A stretch of DNA of 64,000 nucleotides from Tubiluchus corallicola (lineage: Eukaryota; Animalia; Priapulida), in the NCBI GenBank assembly GCA_030141605.1, contig JAQGDQ010002366.1, forward strand, positions 380,660-444,659. Direction: 5' to 3'. Numbering within the stretch: the stretch's first letter is position 1; every line of letters begins with the position of its first letter. The position numbers and the translations under genes are program-made. Below, one piece after another: positions 24,341 to 38,300 of this stretch. Under the pieces are notes generated by a model. It had not been told where the DNA came from, ran no database searches, and was given only the letters and a program-made list of their open reading frames with translations.

Positions 24341-27300
24341 ATGGAAGACAAAGATTTGTGTCGCACCAAGAAGGTGCCACTTTACATAAAGACACCTCTT
24401 GTTGAAAGTACAGCACTTTCTCAAAGAGCTGGTATTCCAGTGTACCTCAAGCTAGAATGTGTGCAGCCAGTTCATTCCTTTAAACTTAGAGGCATATCTA
24501 ACTTATGCCAAAAGGTAATGAAGACGCATTCAGAGTTTTGGTTAGCACAAAGTAAAATGTAGTTAATAGTGTTAATAGGCAGATTTTGAGAATTGACTGT
24601 AAAATAATGAAGTCGATTAAATGTTGCACAGAAAATTTCTAAAAAAAAACTTATTTAAAGAACATTTACAATAATTTGCATGTTTGACAAACCGAACTGA
24701 AACATGCAGTCTTTGAAAGGAGTTCCACAGTCTAAACAGAATATGCTTTGTCAAATTTTTAAGTGCGGAGTAGACATACAGGCTGTGACAACATGGCATT
24801 TGTGGAAGAAGAATCTGTGGTAGAAATAGATTATGTTGTTCTAATTGGTAATCTAAGCGTGTTGTAGTGACACAATTAAGATGTGAGTTACATGCTGAAT
24901 ATTCTGATTTTTGCCTAAGAGTGCCTGCGAATAAAGCAGTTTTAGGCAAAAATCAAAATCAGTGTTGCATTAATGTGTACTTGACTTTAAAGCATATAAT
25001 ACGAAGAAATATGTTCGTTTAACTAGATTTGCAAGTCTGTTGAAAAATCAATTTCAAACTGACACTCAGACCAGTAAGCAATCCGATTAATCAATTTTTA
25101 GAAAAAAAAACAATTTCCCATCACTAGTGAGCGTCACATGTAATATTACAGTGCATTGTATTCTCCTTTAAATTCCATTTTGCTTCCTGAAAAAATATTT
25201 CTGAAAGTCAATTTACTGTTCTTAGTATTTCTACTATTTTTGTTCAGTCAGTATGAAAGCGTCATGTAGTCCTTTCAGCAGAATGGCAAAATTCTATAAA
25301 TTTAATCAACCCATGTCAGTTATGGCTCAAATGAAATCTTGTATTCAAAATTCCAATTTAGTGCTTTTTGGCGAAAAATTCAATGCCAGTAAATTTATGA
25401 GTAAAAACAATATTCATCACATTTCAGTTTTCCAGAAACATTTAAAATTGTTAATGCTGAAGTCCAAACCAAAGGGTACATAAACCCGTAAGTAGAGTGA
25501 ATGGGGTGCCTCTTCAAGCTGGCCGCCAGCAGTCAAATTCATTTATCAGTGTACTGACTTCTAAGAAAATTGTTCAAACTTATACTGTATATTTACCAAA
25601 AAGTTGTGTATGTACACTTCATTCAGTACTCTTGTGACCTCAACTTCAGTTGATTGCACATTAATACAATGGATTGCTTTACTTCATGGATGAATTGCTG
25701 GTTTATTACAGGCAGTTTCCAAGGGGTGTAAACAGTTTGTGTGCTCATCGGGTGGTAATGCTGGACTTGCTGCTGCTTTTTCAGGTAAAATACATGTAAT
25801 GTCGTGATTGTCACAAACTTTTCTTCTGAGAAACCATCTATCAAAAAACACCTTTTTTCTCAGTTAATTGCAGAACATTAACTTATCACTTTGTTATAAT
25901 TTAGCGACGGCAGCCTGTTCAACCTCTCTCGTCTCCGAGCAAAGTCACGGGTTCGCAAAGTTCTCATTCGTGAAATGCTGTTTGCAGATGATGCCGCACT
26001 GACAGCTCACACTGAAGCCGGCCTCCAAGGCCTCATTGACAACTTTGCCCATGCCTGCAGTGAGTTTGGCCTCACAATCAGCATCCAAAAGACCAAGGTT
26101 TTAGGCCAAAATGTTTCCCCAGCCCTTCACATCTCCATCGATGACTGCTGCCTTGACGTGGTGGAAGATTTCACCTATCTTGGTTCTGTTATTTCCAGCA
26201 ATCTTAGCTTGGCCACAGAACTGAACTCCAGAATCGGCAAGGCCTCATCAACGATGGCTCGCTTAACAAAGAGGGTGTGGGAAAACAACATGCTGACTAT
26301 CAGGACAAAGTCCCAGGTGTACCAAGCCTGTGTACTGAGCACACTGTTGTACGGGAGCGAGAGTTGGACTCTGTATAGCCATCAAGAACGCAGGCTCAAT
26401 GCTTTCCACCAACGCTGCCTCAGAAGAATCCTGGGCATCTCATGGCAGGAGCACATAACCAACAAGGATGTGCTAGCAAAAGCTGGAATCCCTAGCATGT
26501 ATGCCATACTCACCAACAGACGTTTGCGCTGGCTAGGCCATGTTTCCCGCATGCAGGACGGCAGATTGCCCAAGGACATTCTGTACGGTGAGCTTGCTAC
26601 TGGCTCCCGACCCACCGGGAGGCCACTGCTCCGCTACAAAGATGTATGTAAACGGGACCTCAAGGCAGGCGGCATGACACCAGCAAATTACGAGGCGCTT
26701 GCGGCAGATCGAAGCAACTGGAAATCTGCTGTTAGGACAGCCATTAACAGAGCGGAGAAAACGAGGGAGGAAAAACAAGAGGATAAAAGGACTCGCAGGC
26801 ACCAGAAAGATGCCCTACCTCACCCGGATGAAACAGCCTTCCAATGTGTAACCTGCAGCCGGAACTGCCGCTCAAGGATCGGACTGCTCAGTCACAGTCG
26901 ACGCTGCAGCTCCATCAATTTTATTAATAACTGACTCTCTTGGCGCACAATCCATTGTCTTTCGAGACAGAAGGATGCCAACAACAACAACAACAATAAT
27001 TTAGCTAATAACACGTCTCAAACTTGCAACTCTGATGTAATTATTTAATATTATTGTATTTATTGAGTAGTAAAATACAATTGAATCTCATTGTAATATC
27101 CCCCTTTATAATGACAACCTCTCTTAATACCCAGTTTTTAGCAAATCAGAATTCTATATTTGCATAGACGTGTGTGTATTAATGCACCTCATTACAATGC
27201 TAAAGCACTAAAATGCCAATTTTTTGCAGTCCCAAAGTAGGCAGCGTGAAGAGATTTGATTGTAATACGATAAAAACAAAGTAACTGCAATAGAGTCAAA

Positions 27301-30300
27301 TAGCCAAATAGGCCTGCCCTAATTATTTACGTTACTCATTCAACTGCACACAAAAAATGACTATTTTGTACAGCAATCCAAAATATGTATAAAGTTTCTA
27401 TTAACTGAATACGAACTGTAAACTCTAATATTTAAACTTTTTGTAGTAGTCTGAGAACTATAGTTTTAATGTACTCTTGGCTTGGTTCATTTTTTGTTCA
27501 GTTACTACATTGGACTTTGACTTAGTTAGCTTGTTAAAGGTTTTAGTACTTTCGTTGTCATAGTGTATAGCATTTTGCTTGGTTATGTCATAGTCTGCAT
27601 ACTCTAATCTTAAATAAATAAGCTATTTTATTAATGCAGCTAGAAAGCTCAGTGTGGCAGCTACCATCTGTGTGCCTGAAACTACACCTCAGATGATGAT
27701 TGACATTCTGCGTAATGAGGGAGCCACTGTACATGTGCTTGGTATTAACTGGGATGCAGCAAATAAAAAAGCTTTAGAGATGAGCAAAGAAGAAGGTATT
27801 TTGATTACAGTAGTTACAACAAAACAGTTTGTGTAATGTATTTAAGCATTTCTTATCCTTGTAAATTAAATCCACATTTTCTTTTAATTTACGATATGTC
27901 GAAACTTTAAAATGATGATATAATAACGTAAAATCAGATTTATAAAATGAGTTCATGAATATTTTTGTACAACTAATAATAATATTTAATATCTTTACAA
28001 TTTCTCCTAGGTGTGACATTTGTTCATCCATTTGATCATCCAGATATCTGGTAAGATTTAATATTTTGCATAACATGTATAAGATGGGTTTGAAAGGTGA
28101 TTTACTGGAGAAACACAACTCAGTATTTGGCAACCTAATGATAGTCATTTGAATATTTTCTTTTTAAACTGGGTGATTAGTTACATTAATTGTCTTTTTA
28201 AATGCATCTTGTTAGCCATAAAAGTTTAAAAAAAAACAGGTATATTTTCAGGCAACTTTAAGTGAATGATGTTTTATAATCGTTGAATGATGTTTGTGTG
28301 CTTTTTCCTGAAGTTGAAATGAGACGTGATAAATACACAAAAAATGACAATGTTGGGCGAAAGCAATACAGCCTTTGCATCCATAGTATGTAAATATCTT
28401 GTACATGATGTTTATTGTGTTGTTTAGTTTTGCTTGTAACAGCATTCTGTAAACACTGTGGATATTTTGTTATAACTTCTATTTTATAGTTTGCCTGCTT
28501 CAGGGAAGGCCATGCTAGCATAGTTAAGGAAATAGCTGCCGAAATTCCTCAGAAACCTGGCGCCATTGTCGTTTCTGTCGGAGGAGGTGGTCTGTTTAAT
28601 GGCATTGTACATGGTCTTCAGGTATGTGGGAACTAATTGTCTTTAAGTGTCTTTTGTAGTATGTATCAAATACAGAACCTTCCTGGTCACTGTTTTATTT
28701 AGAATACAAAAACGTATTAAGTCTAGTTTTTCTTAAGTACATGAGAATCACCTTTTGCATAACTACTACAAATTTTAAAATTACCGGAAGTCTATAATAC
28801 TTAATTATTTCTTCCGTCAGTGATTGATTCTCTTGATTTAAATTTCTTGGGCTAATGTGTTCATATGTTACATTTTTATGTAACTATGAACATGCGTGGT
28901 CCCTGCAAGCAGGCAGCTATGAGAAATAGAACAAAGATAAATTGCAGAGTAGTGATTAAATATTGAAACTTAATATTCTTTTTTGATCCAGTGTTAAACT
29001 AAGTGCAGCTATTATTAGTTGAATTGTTTTGAACACAAGTGGTATATAGTTGTTTTCGCATGTTAAGCACAATATTTTCTTTAATCTCAGGATATTGGCT
29101 GGAATGATGTACCAGTGGTTGCCATGGAAACTGTTGGTGCAGATTGCTTCAATTTGACACTGCAAGCAGGAAAGATTGTTACAATCAGTGATATAGCTAG
29201 GTTTGCAAAACTAGTTATTTATTTAAATTGCCCAATTCTAAAGGACATCATACAGTCCTTTATCATCAGTGACATCATCAGTGTGAGTAATGTCAGGATT
29301 CGTCCTGGAAGAAGAGAATCTTAACCTGTTAACAGAAGTCAACATTATTGATTTAATGTTGCTATTATTGCTGCACCTTTCATTTTCAGTTAGACATGTA
29401 TATTAACGTTTATATTGATCATTGATTTTATGTAATTTAAATTCATTTCATTGCTATTTTCTCTGATTTTTCCAAGTACTTTAGTTATGTAACCTTGTGC
29501 AGCAGTAATTTTATGTACATGAAAGCATTAGCAAGTTCACTCAGTCTCTGGCAGAAACACATTCTAAAATTTATGCTGATGAGCATTTGAATAGCAATAG
29601 CCATTGTATTCACACTAGAGCAGTTACCATTTAATTAGTCCTGTTCTTCTTTATCATTGTCTTTTTCTTTAATTTAATGTAGCATAGCAAAAACGCTGGG
29701 CGCTCGGGCAGTTTCAAAGCAGACATTTAACTTGTCACAGAAACATCCAGTACTTTCAGAAGTTGTTAGTGATTATGCTGCTGTTTCAGCATGTTTATCT
29801 TTTGCAGGTAATGCATGCTTTTGTTCTCTCTCCTTTTGTTTGGAGAACTTGATTTGATTCTATAGATTGGGTTTGTTAACAATGTACAGCATGTTTTTTA
29901 GTATAAAAAAATTTCAAGATGATGAATGACTTTTTTTAGAAAACCTTAATAGGATTCATTTGAGGATTCTATCCAGCTTAAATGCAAGTCTTTAATTATA
30001 ATGATTAAATGACTGCCTAACTTTACTCACGTGCAAAATTTACGTGGATACATTGTTGTTGATTCACATTGTGCAGTAGTATCTCATTTTTATGTTATTA
30101 TGGTTGTGATGTAAGTAGCTTTTCATTAGTGCCTGTACTATTTCGGTGATCTTGTTCATTACAGATGATCATCACATACTAGTGGAGCCCTCATGTGGTG
30201 CTACTTTGTCTTTCATCTACAGTGATATTGTACAAAAGTTTCTAGCATTCGGCAGTATTTCAAAAACAAGTCCCATAGTGCTAATTGTCTGTGGTGGTGC

Positions 30301-30352
30301 TGGTGTGAACAGACAACTGTTAAAATCTTGGGCTGAACAAGTAGGCTGTTGA
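24341..30352 (+). CDS. SDSL: L-serine dehydratase / L-threonine deaminase (SDS/SDSL-like, PLP fold-type II), 8 coding exons, 327 aa
   Basis: Exons 24341-24514, 25712-25784, 27640-27795, 28011-28050, 28504-28621, 29091-29200, 29683-29807, 30165-30352. All introns are GT-AG and phase-compatible (984 nt in total). Motifs: TPLVES, KLECVQPVHSFKLRG (PLP lysine), CSSGGNAGLAAA, VHPFDHPDIWEGH, SVGGGGL, VVAMET, SIAKTLGA, LVEPSCGA, IVCGG. SDS versus SDSL cannot be resolved in an invertebrate. Confidence 0.93.
25906..26995 (+). mobile_element. 5'-truncated RTE-clade LINE in SDS intron 2; intact RT C-terminal ORF, (CAA)n tail, 10-bp TSD
   Basis: Uninterrupted frame 25906-26934: DGSLFNLSRLRAK...MLFADD...FTYLGS...LLYGSESW...RRLRWLGHVSRM...GRPLLRYKD...C2H2-like CVTCSRNCRSRIGLLSH. 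The tail is (CAA)n, and TSD ATAATTTAGC lies at 25896-25905 and 26996-27005. Confidence 0.95.
27078..27262. mobile_element. Tc1/mariner (pogo/Tigger-like) MITE
   Basis: Structure TA|CAATTGAATCTC ... GAGATTTGATTG|TA: imperfect 12-bp TIRs resembling Tigger-type ends, TA TSD, 185 bp long. Confidence 0.65.
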
Positions 30353-31259
30353 TGTTGCTTCAAAGTATTTTGGTTTATATTAAATTTTGTTGATCTTAAA
30401 TGAGATTTAAATTATATTGTATATTTTTTGTATTTCATCAGTTTAAATTAAATTGTAATTTTATTATATTAGTAAGTGTAGTAGTGGCGATACTAGAGGC
30501 CACCCATTTCCCAAATTGTACTTAAAACCTCTTTGATCTCAATGGATAAATTACAGCTTCACTTGTCAAATTACTTATGGCCAAAATCTTTGTCTTACCA
30601 GCCTGTTGGAATAGCTGTCCTCAAAGTCCCAATTGAAACCGTCATCTTTTGAGAAAGAAATGTATGACATTCAATATTATTGCATGAATGAGAGTCAAAA
30701 TGTGTGCTAAAGATGCTTTGTAAACTCATTTGTGATAATTGCGCATGTATCCGTATTTGTAGTTTATTTTTTATGATTGTTGATGTTAATTGTTGATAGG
30801 AACAATAATTTTCCAGTTTTCTAATATCATTAATTGGCATGCCAAGTTTTAGGATTATGAGTGAGATCTACAGTAATAACGGCTTATATAAATCATGAAA
30901 AGTAATCTGCTAACATTCGGATATATTGAATTAGTTGTTGAGTTGTTAGCATCGAATTGACATGTAGGTATGTTTAATTAACTTAGTTTTTGAAATGTGA
31001 TTTTGTCCATGATGCTGTAATTATATGTGTCTGTTACGTAGGTGTATTTAAATTAAATTACTTTTTTTAATATGTGATTTTATGTTTGTTAGGGTCCAAA
31101 ACGTTTTATGATAGTTGGATAATTGTTTAATCATTTATCATTTAACCAAACTTTTATCAGGGACTAATATGAGTCGCTTTTCTTAGCTCCTAGGAGCTAG
31201 TTTTTTGTGTTTTTTGCAAGGCAAGTTTAAGTGAAGTCTGATTTTACGTGATGATAAGA

Positions 31260-31332
31260 GGCTATTTAGTTTAGCAGTCAAAGCATCGAACTTGTAAACC
31301 AAAAGTCCTTGGTTCAAGTCTAGACTCAATCA
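31260..31332 (+). pseudogene. tRNA-Thr(TGT)-like pseudogene / SINE head
   Basis: GGCTATTTAGTTTAGCAGTCAAAGCATCGAACTTGTAAACCAAAAGTCCTTGGTTCAAGTC contains an A-box-like segment, the anticodon-loop segment CTTGTAAACCA typical of tRNA-Thr(TGT), and B box GGTTCAAGTC. The acceptor stem is not paired. Confidence 0.55.
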
Positions 31333-31901
31333 TGACTTTTTCACTTTTCTTTCTTTTTGGTCAAATTTGGTTGCAAAATGTTATAATTGTAGGTTTATTA
31401 CATCGTTAGTTGATTAATTTTGAAATGATCTGATGGGTTAGTCCTTATAGATTTGGCTATCGATCTTGGTGCATCATCACAATTGTCATCATTATTGTGC
31501 TATCAGCATCAAAACCATCATTTTGCCAGCATCATCAGAATTGTCATCTTTATCAGCATTATTACCACCATCATTAATTTGCTGTTCTTGCATTCTTTTC
31601 TTGTATACTTAAGGCCTTTATTAGCGACTGCCAGTTATAGTTTTTTTCGTAAACCTTACATACTCATAGGAATGCAGCATTTAAATATCAGAAACACTAG
31701 AGTCTTTTTTCACATGTAAAACAGTGGGTATAGTTGATGTGTAATGTAAAACAATGTATGTGGGCACTATGCTATTTTGAGATGATGTGACGTTAAATAA
31801 AAAAATAATCAAAAAAGAGCTAAAAATAAATAAATAACGACACGTGTTGTCCTCTAAATGGTGTTAAGTCTATATGTAAAAACATTGAATCTAAATACAA
31901 A

Positions 31902-32203
31902 TGGTGAGATAGTATATTTTATTGTAATACAGTAACATCGGTCATAATTATAGCATTAAGGAGTAAAGAGCAAGAGTGAGCACACAATATTAGTACAAGT
32001 CAAAACTGTAATCCTAACTGTCTTTGCAGCTGCTGCTTATATATGCACCACTGAGCGTGCTATTTTTAGTTCATGGCATCAGTTCTATTTTTAGAACTGC
32101 CTTCTACTGACTTACTGGTCAATGATCAGTTTAACACTGATTGGTCAATGCAGCTGAATGCTGACTGGCAAAGTAGGCGGGACTATCAGCTGTATTTGTA
32201 ACA
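31902..32203 (-). mobile_element. Possible solo LTR
   Basis: The minus strand reads TGTTACA ... CCAAT ... TATATAA ... AATAAA ... CA in LTR order. No TSD or PPT was found and the boundaries are uncertain. Confidence 0.3.
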
Positions 32204-35200
32204 AGGATACTGATTGGTAAATTTGGCACAGCTAGCTAGCTTTCAAACATCCGCATGTGCAAATGCTGGTGAAAGATGCTGAACAAGTGGCAGGATGTTT
32301 GCAAAACATGATACTACATTCAACTGTTATGGAGACAAGTTGGAACTTGTCTTAACAGTCATAACTGTAAAGTGTGAAATGGGCGCAGCTGGTCACTGCT
32401 GTTTCCAGGAAAACAGCACAGCGGGGGTCATTCCGCTGTTTACTGTTTCTAAGAAATGGGTGCAGCTGATGTCACCTATCTCTAATACTAACTAGGTCTT
32501 ACAAGTGCGCTTAATGTTAACACAAAGCACGGACTTCATATTACACAACTTTTACCGTTCTTTTTATAATGGTAGTAAAGCACTACGGGAGCTTTGGCTT
32601 GGTCGGAATGGCTATGACGAATACCAGAGGTTACGTATATACGGTTTATTATTTACACAGGTTTGAAAAAACTAATTTTTTTGACAATAACAATTCAAAT
32701 AGATTCACAAAGTGAGATTATAATCAACCAACGGAATTTCGCAACTACAGTGCATCAGTACAACTTCAGCAAGTTCAAAAATAGTTTAGTGACAACTGTT
32801 CCTTTAATAACAATGTACAGCTTTCAACAATTAAGTACAAGATTATTATAACCATACATGTAATATATAAAATCACTTAACTCTGGGACTGGCCAATTTA
32901 CGAGTCCCTGTAATTGGTCCAGTCCTGTTCCTAATACAGTACGAGCTGTTCTGAGCTTCAGAGGTTGATCCAAGCCAACGACGCAGATGAAGTCTACGCT
33001 GAGACAGGACACGATAGCTCCTACCTTCAGAGTTCCTGGCTAAGAGTCCACACCGTGTCACGTTCCAGATACTGTTTCGTCCACAGATGTCAGAATTTAC
33101 CTGTTGAACAACAGTCAGAATATGACCAAAATCCAATGTCGCAGGTGTCAGTATCTGAGTATTATACAAGATTTCTCAGAAGTCTGGATGACATGCAATA
33201 TTGGTTGTAAAGAGCATTTGAGACAGTCAGGGATTAATGTGTGGATGATTAAGAGATGATAGTGTGCAAACCCCGGTAGGTGAGAAGAGATCGTGTTGGA
33301 GTGACAGTTTGTAGCAATGAGGTGAATGCAAAAGTGGACCGAATCAATCTGCATACGGACACTTAAAGGACCCATCTTGCCTAGGTTTGTTCGTTAATGT
33401 TGGAACGGATCCAGTCTTTAGAATTTTTTTGCACCGGACACTAATCCCATCGAAGCGGTTCATCTTGAAAATACGAGTTTTCAAAATGCGCTGAATAAAT
33501 TACAGCATGAGGCGAAAGTCGAAATAATTTTTCACCCAATGATCCCTTCGGCAATGCCTTACGAACGGAATCCATTTTTTCCCAATGAAGGTTCTTTTGG
33601 AAAAACGGTGTACACTAAATCGGTCAAGTGCTGAATTTGAGCAATATCCAGCCACGCAGCGACTGACCATTATAAAAAAAAACTAGTAAAGATCACCAAA
33701 ATTAAATGAAACTGAATGCAAATGCACAGTAACTATAAAAAAGAAACTTTAAAGCAAAAAAGAATCAAATATCGTATGCACATGTAAATAGAACTAAATA
33801 CAGCAACAGTCGCATATGCCTTCAGTGTCGTTCTTAACAGGACGCCACTCTCGCTTTCTTCCCCGAGTTTTCATTTTCGCAAGATGTCTGTACGGCGCTA
33901 AATTTGAAGTGTTTCAATGCAAATTAGAGTAAAATGTTTATAATGAAGTGAAACCGTTTTTTTGAATCAGTAGTAAATTTTGACAGCACATATCTACTAG
34001 GGTGTCATAAGACCTTTAATATTTAATGTTATTACAAAAAGTTGATAAACAACACAATTTATTTTACGTATGATTTTATCCTTCTGACCAAAATACAACG
34101 TCCGCAGACCTCGATCAGTATCTGGCCACTGTGCTTCTGCATATATTGTCGTTGGAGTTTGGTTGTTGATTAACCCAAAATGAACTGACTAAAACACAAC
34201 TGTTTCAAACCCCTACGCAATCATCTGTGCTCATATTGTGCATTTTTTATTTTTTATTAAATGCGACGTTTCGGCTACTCTAGTAAGTATCATAATGCAG
34301 GCAATGATGTCAACATCGCAACATACGTCGTAATAATTCAGAATTTCAACAACAGGGAACATCTCTTGTCATCTATGTATGTGGCGTGAAGGTCGACAGA
34401 CTTAGCGGGTTCTGTCTTTATATTTGCGGCCTCTTGCATTAATTATGCAAATAATTACCCACCTTATAGATAGTAATGCAGGCGTATAAAGCAAAGAAAA
34501 TTAATACATAACAAATTCGATAAGTATGCACATGTATTATTGTAAATCTGTTTAGGAAATAGAGTCACTATACAATTTTAGTAGCTTTTCTTTATCCTTG
34601 AACTGTTCATCAGTAGCTTTAACAACCGGGAGTATGCAAGTTACACCTCTGTATTTTGACTTGTTTAAGCAAAGGAAAAACAAGTTCCACCTAGAAAATT
34701 TCCTTATAAAATTTTACGTATTCGCTCCAGGAGTCAACCTGCCTTTAGCTAAAGGCACTGAAAGACGACGAGTATCATAAATCAATTGCAGAAACCTGAA
34801 ATTTTACGCATCATTATCACAAGTTTCCGTGAACTGTACTACAAAACAAAAAATTTAATTGTATTTATGTCTATGATCTGTCTAGTAGCCACACGTGTCT
34901 GAGTTTCAGAAATATTTTACGTGCTTTTTATGTAATCATATTTTGTCATTACGGGAGCTAGACGCTAGTAAACTATCTATAAGCCTTTTAAAAATAATTA
35001 TTTCAATTATTCATTTGGGTGTGAAAAAGTATATGACTTTTCTCTGTTCTTTTGTTGTTTTTTGTTTTTCTGTAACTAAATACTTCAATGTAAGTACAAT
35101 GAGTATGTACAAGTATGTATCTCTTGAACAGAAAATCTGTGAAAATTTATTATAAAATATAACTGAAACGGTATGCAGACGACTAAATTTATTATAGATA

Positions 35201-35302
35201 TTTCCGAATTTTAACAGTAGTTTTTCAATTAGCTGACTTCACACGTTTTTATCAGTGTTATGATATATTGCTAATGTTGAGGTGTAATTCATATAGTTCA
35301 CA

Positions 35303-38300
35303 ATGTTCACGAAAGTCGTTTTTGGTCTAATGGTGATCTATACCTTTTGCGAGGTGGCCCGAGGCGCTACGTTTTTTGACAATCGAGGTAAGTCACAATG
35401 CGCTGTTATATTTTAATTGTGGATTTGTTTTTTTGCATGCTGCATGATTTGAGCCTTGTAATGCCTGCCAGGTCCAGAGTAGTCGATACCCAGGAAACAC
35501 ATAAAAACTTTTAGATTATTATTACCGAAACGCTTGCCTTTAATAACTTTGCTCGAATCAACAAATTTCTTACTCGTGTTGCGTGTACGAGATGTCCTTT
35601 ATTCCCCATTATGCGTCGAAGAAAAGGGGCAGTGATGATCAGGAAGGGACGATGATGTTAGTGGCGATTTTCACAAGAGCTAGTAAAGCAATTGGCAACA
35701 TACGGCCTCTATTTTCATTTTCTACTATAATGCCATAATGTATTGGAAAACAAGGTATGACCATCTGTAGAGGTTAAGCTCACGATCGCTGCTTACTAAA
35801 ACATCTTTTCTACTTTCAAATTCACTGTACCTAAAGCAACAAACTTCAAACTGCCGGGCAGAACATTAAACAAACGTCTAAAATTATTTATTGCAAAAAA
35901 TTTACGAAGGATGTTAATTTACAGGATGTTTTGACCGCAATAACAGGGAGTTGGAAGAGGGAGATGAATGGTACCCAGAGGGAGTCTGTCAACGTTGCGA
36001 GTGTAATACGTTTCCCACGCCTTCTGCTGGACAAATACAACTGCAGAAATATGCTTCTTGCTACAGGTGTTCTTACAATGAAGCTATTTTGATTAATGTG
36101 GATTCCATTCCCACTTGAAATTCTCTAATTAATAGGTTTTGGATTAAGTAGTTTCATGCAAACTGCTGATGATCCTCTACACTCTCCAGACTCTAGTTGA
36201 GTTTAAAACAAAACCGTTGTTCTTTCGGATTGACACACTATTGCAAGCGTAACACAATGATTTTCTTTCGTTTGGGAAATTATATTGGTTAGAAATCTTT
36301 AGAAAGTACAGCCGAATAACTTTTTTTACTTCAGCATCAACTCATACAAATGACATAACAACAAAAGCTTACGCAAGTAATGTGAATATACAAAAAATAC
36401 GTAGGCAAAAATTCAATCAGTTAGCGGCATTTAAATTGGTAATATTTGCAAATAATGTTGCTATTCCGTTGCTTACAGATGTTAGAAATCAAATGTACAA
36501 TCATGTATAGAATAGTCGTAGTGCCATTAACTCATAATACATTTCACTGTGTAATAAGAATGTAAAATTACAATGCATAAAAAGCACACAAAAATGCAAT
36601 TTAGCTTGGCACTGCAATACTAATTAGTTGTACATTAAACAAAAGATTCGAGGTTGAAATGTCTCCGTAGTTCTCGCATCAGTCAGTCATCTAAGCTTTA
36701 ATCTACTATATTTATTTTTACCATAGCACACTTATATGTGATGATGTTCGTCCTTCGAATCGAAGATGACCATAGTGACAGGGATAAAGGGTCAGTTTGG
36801 GGGTTGTCATTCCTTTAATGAGCTCAAAGGTGACTGACTAGGCCAATTCTGGCCTTTAAACTTCTTTGGCATTTGGCACAGGTGAGGCTGGGTGTTTTGA
36901 CCTGTTGTTGAGCAGTGTCACATGCCTTGCGTCTCCTGCGCTTCTCCTCTGCCTCCTCAATTATTTTTGCCTCTGCTGTCTTAGCCCCTCAGGTGATGGC
37001 ACTCCGCCATGCTGAGCGATCTTGTGCAAGGGTTTCCATTGAGCGGATATCCATGCTGAACTCCTTGAGTGATGCCTTCAGGCTGTCTTTGAAGCGTTTC
37101 TTTGGTCGTCCAACCTTTCTAAATATATATATTTAAAAGCTTATCAACCAACACTTATATGTAACACATATCTAACACAAACATGTATTATAAACACATA
37201 CTCAGAATCTAAGAAAAGTAAATTAAAAGTAACACACATACTTATGACTAATAGAGCAGTAAGTTGAGTAGTAAATGGTTGACAAGAGTGGACTTAAGTA
37301 ATCGAGAAATAGATGCCCTTGTGATTATATTATGATTATATAGTTCCTGATTTTGGCACAAACCCGAGCAGCAAAAATTTTATTATTTTTTATTTTCAGT
37401 TACACTTACAATTCTCAAAATTTTTAACAAACTTACATATTGTTCTTTTATTAGAATTTTTAATATACAAATGCCTAAATGTTATTTCATGGTTAAATGT
37501 TACATGCCTGCTTGGTCTTTTCACTGTTATACTTTATTTATGAATGTGCAGAAATGTTAATTCATGTTGTTTTCTTTTATAGCTGCGGCAAAGTGGCGCC
37601 AATATGGCAGATCGGCTGTTACATGACAAGATTCAAAGAAAAAACTTACCCTGAGTGTTGTGACGTCATATTATGTGAAGGTGATGATGAGTGGAACGAG
37701 GATCATTATTTGAGGTTTAAATTGCATATTTTCACTAGTTACTTTGCATTAGCAGAATATGTTGTTGCTTCGTTTATTTGTTCATTGTACACTGACAGGT
37801 TGTTGGAATTGCCTTTTGCTGCTTTGTTGTCTGGTTGGTTGTCTAGCTGGCTGAATGCTGGTAGGTTCTTGGTGGGTTGGTTTGTCTGTTTGCTGACTAG
37901 CTGTCTTTGGCTGGTTGATTGATGGATTGGTTAATTGGGTTGGTTGGTTGGTTAACTGATTAGTAATTTGTTTAAATGCTTGGCTGACTTAATCGGTTAT
38001 TATTTCACTGTCTAGCAGACTGATCAGTTTGTCTGCGTGCTCGCTGGTTGATAATCATATGGCCAGTATGAATTGTTAATGAATGGTTGCTATACTGTAT
38101 CTGCCAATTTAGTTGCTTGGTTTGCTAATGCGATGGAAACCAAGCAAGTTTCTAAGACGAAAATAAAATTTTTTTCGCAAACATAATACCATAGTAATCA
38201 CAATAGATACTATAAGTATGAGTTGAAATTCAAACTTAATATTAATAACATTTTGTTTATTTTACAGATACCTTCAGTACAACATGTGGCGACACCTTGA

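Noticed and set aside
25784-26934. In-frame SDS exon 2 to RTE reverse-transcriptase fusion via the AG in the TSD (ATAATTTAG|C)
   Set aside because: Exon 2 ends in phase 1 but the RT frame needs phase 2; the join reaches a stop after about 30 codons.
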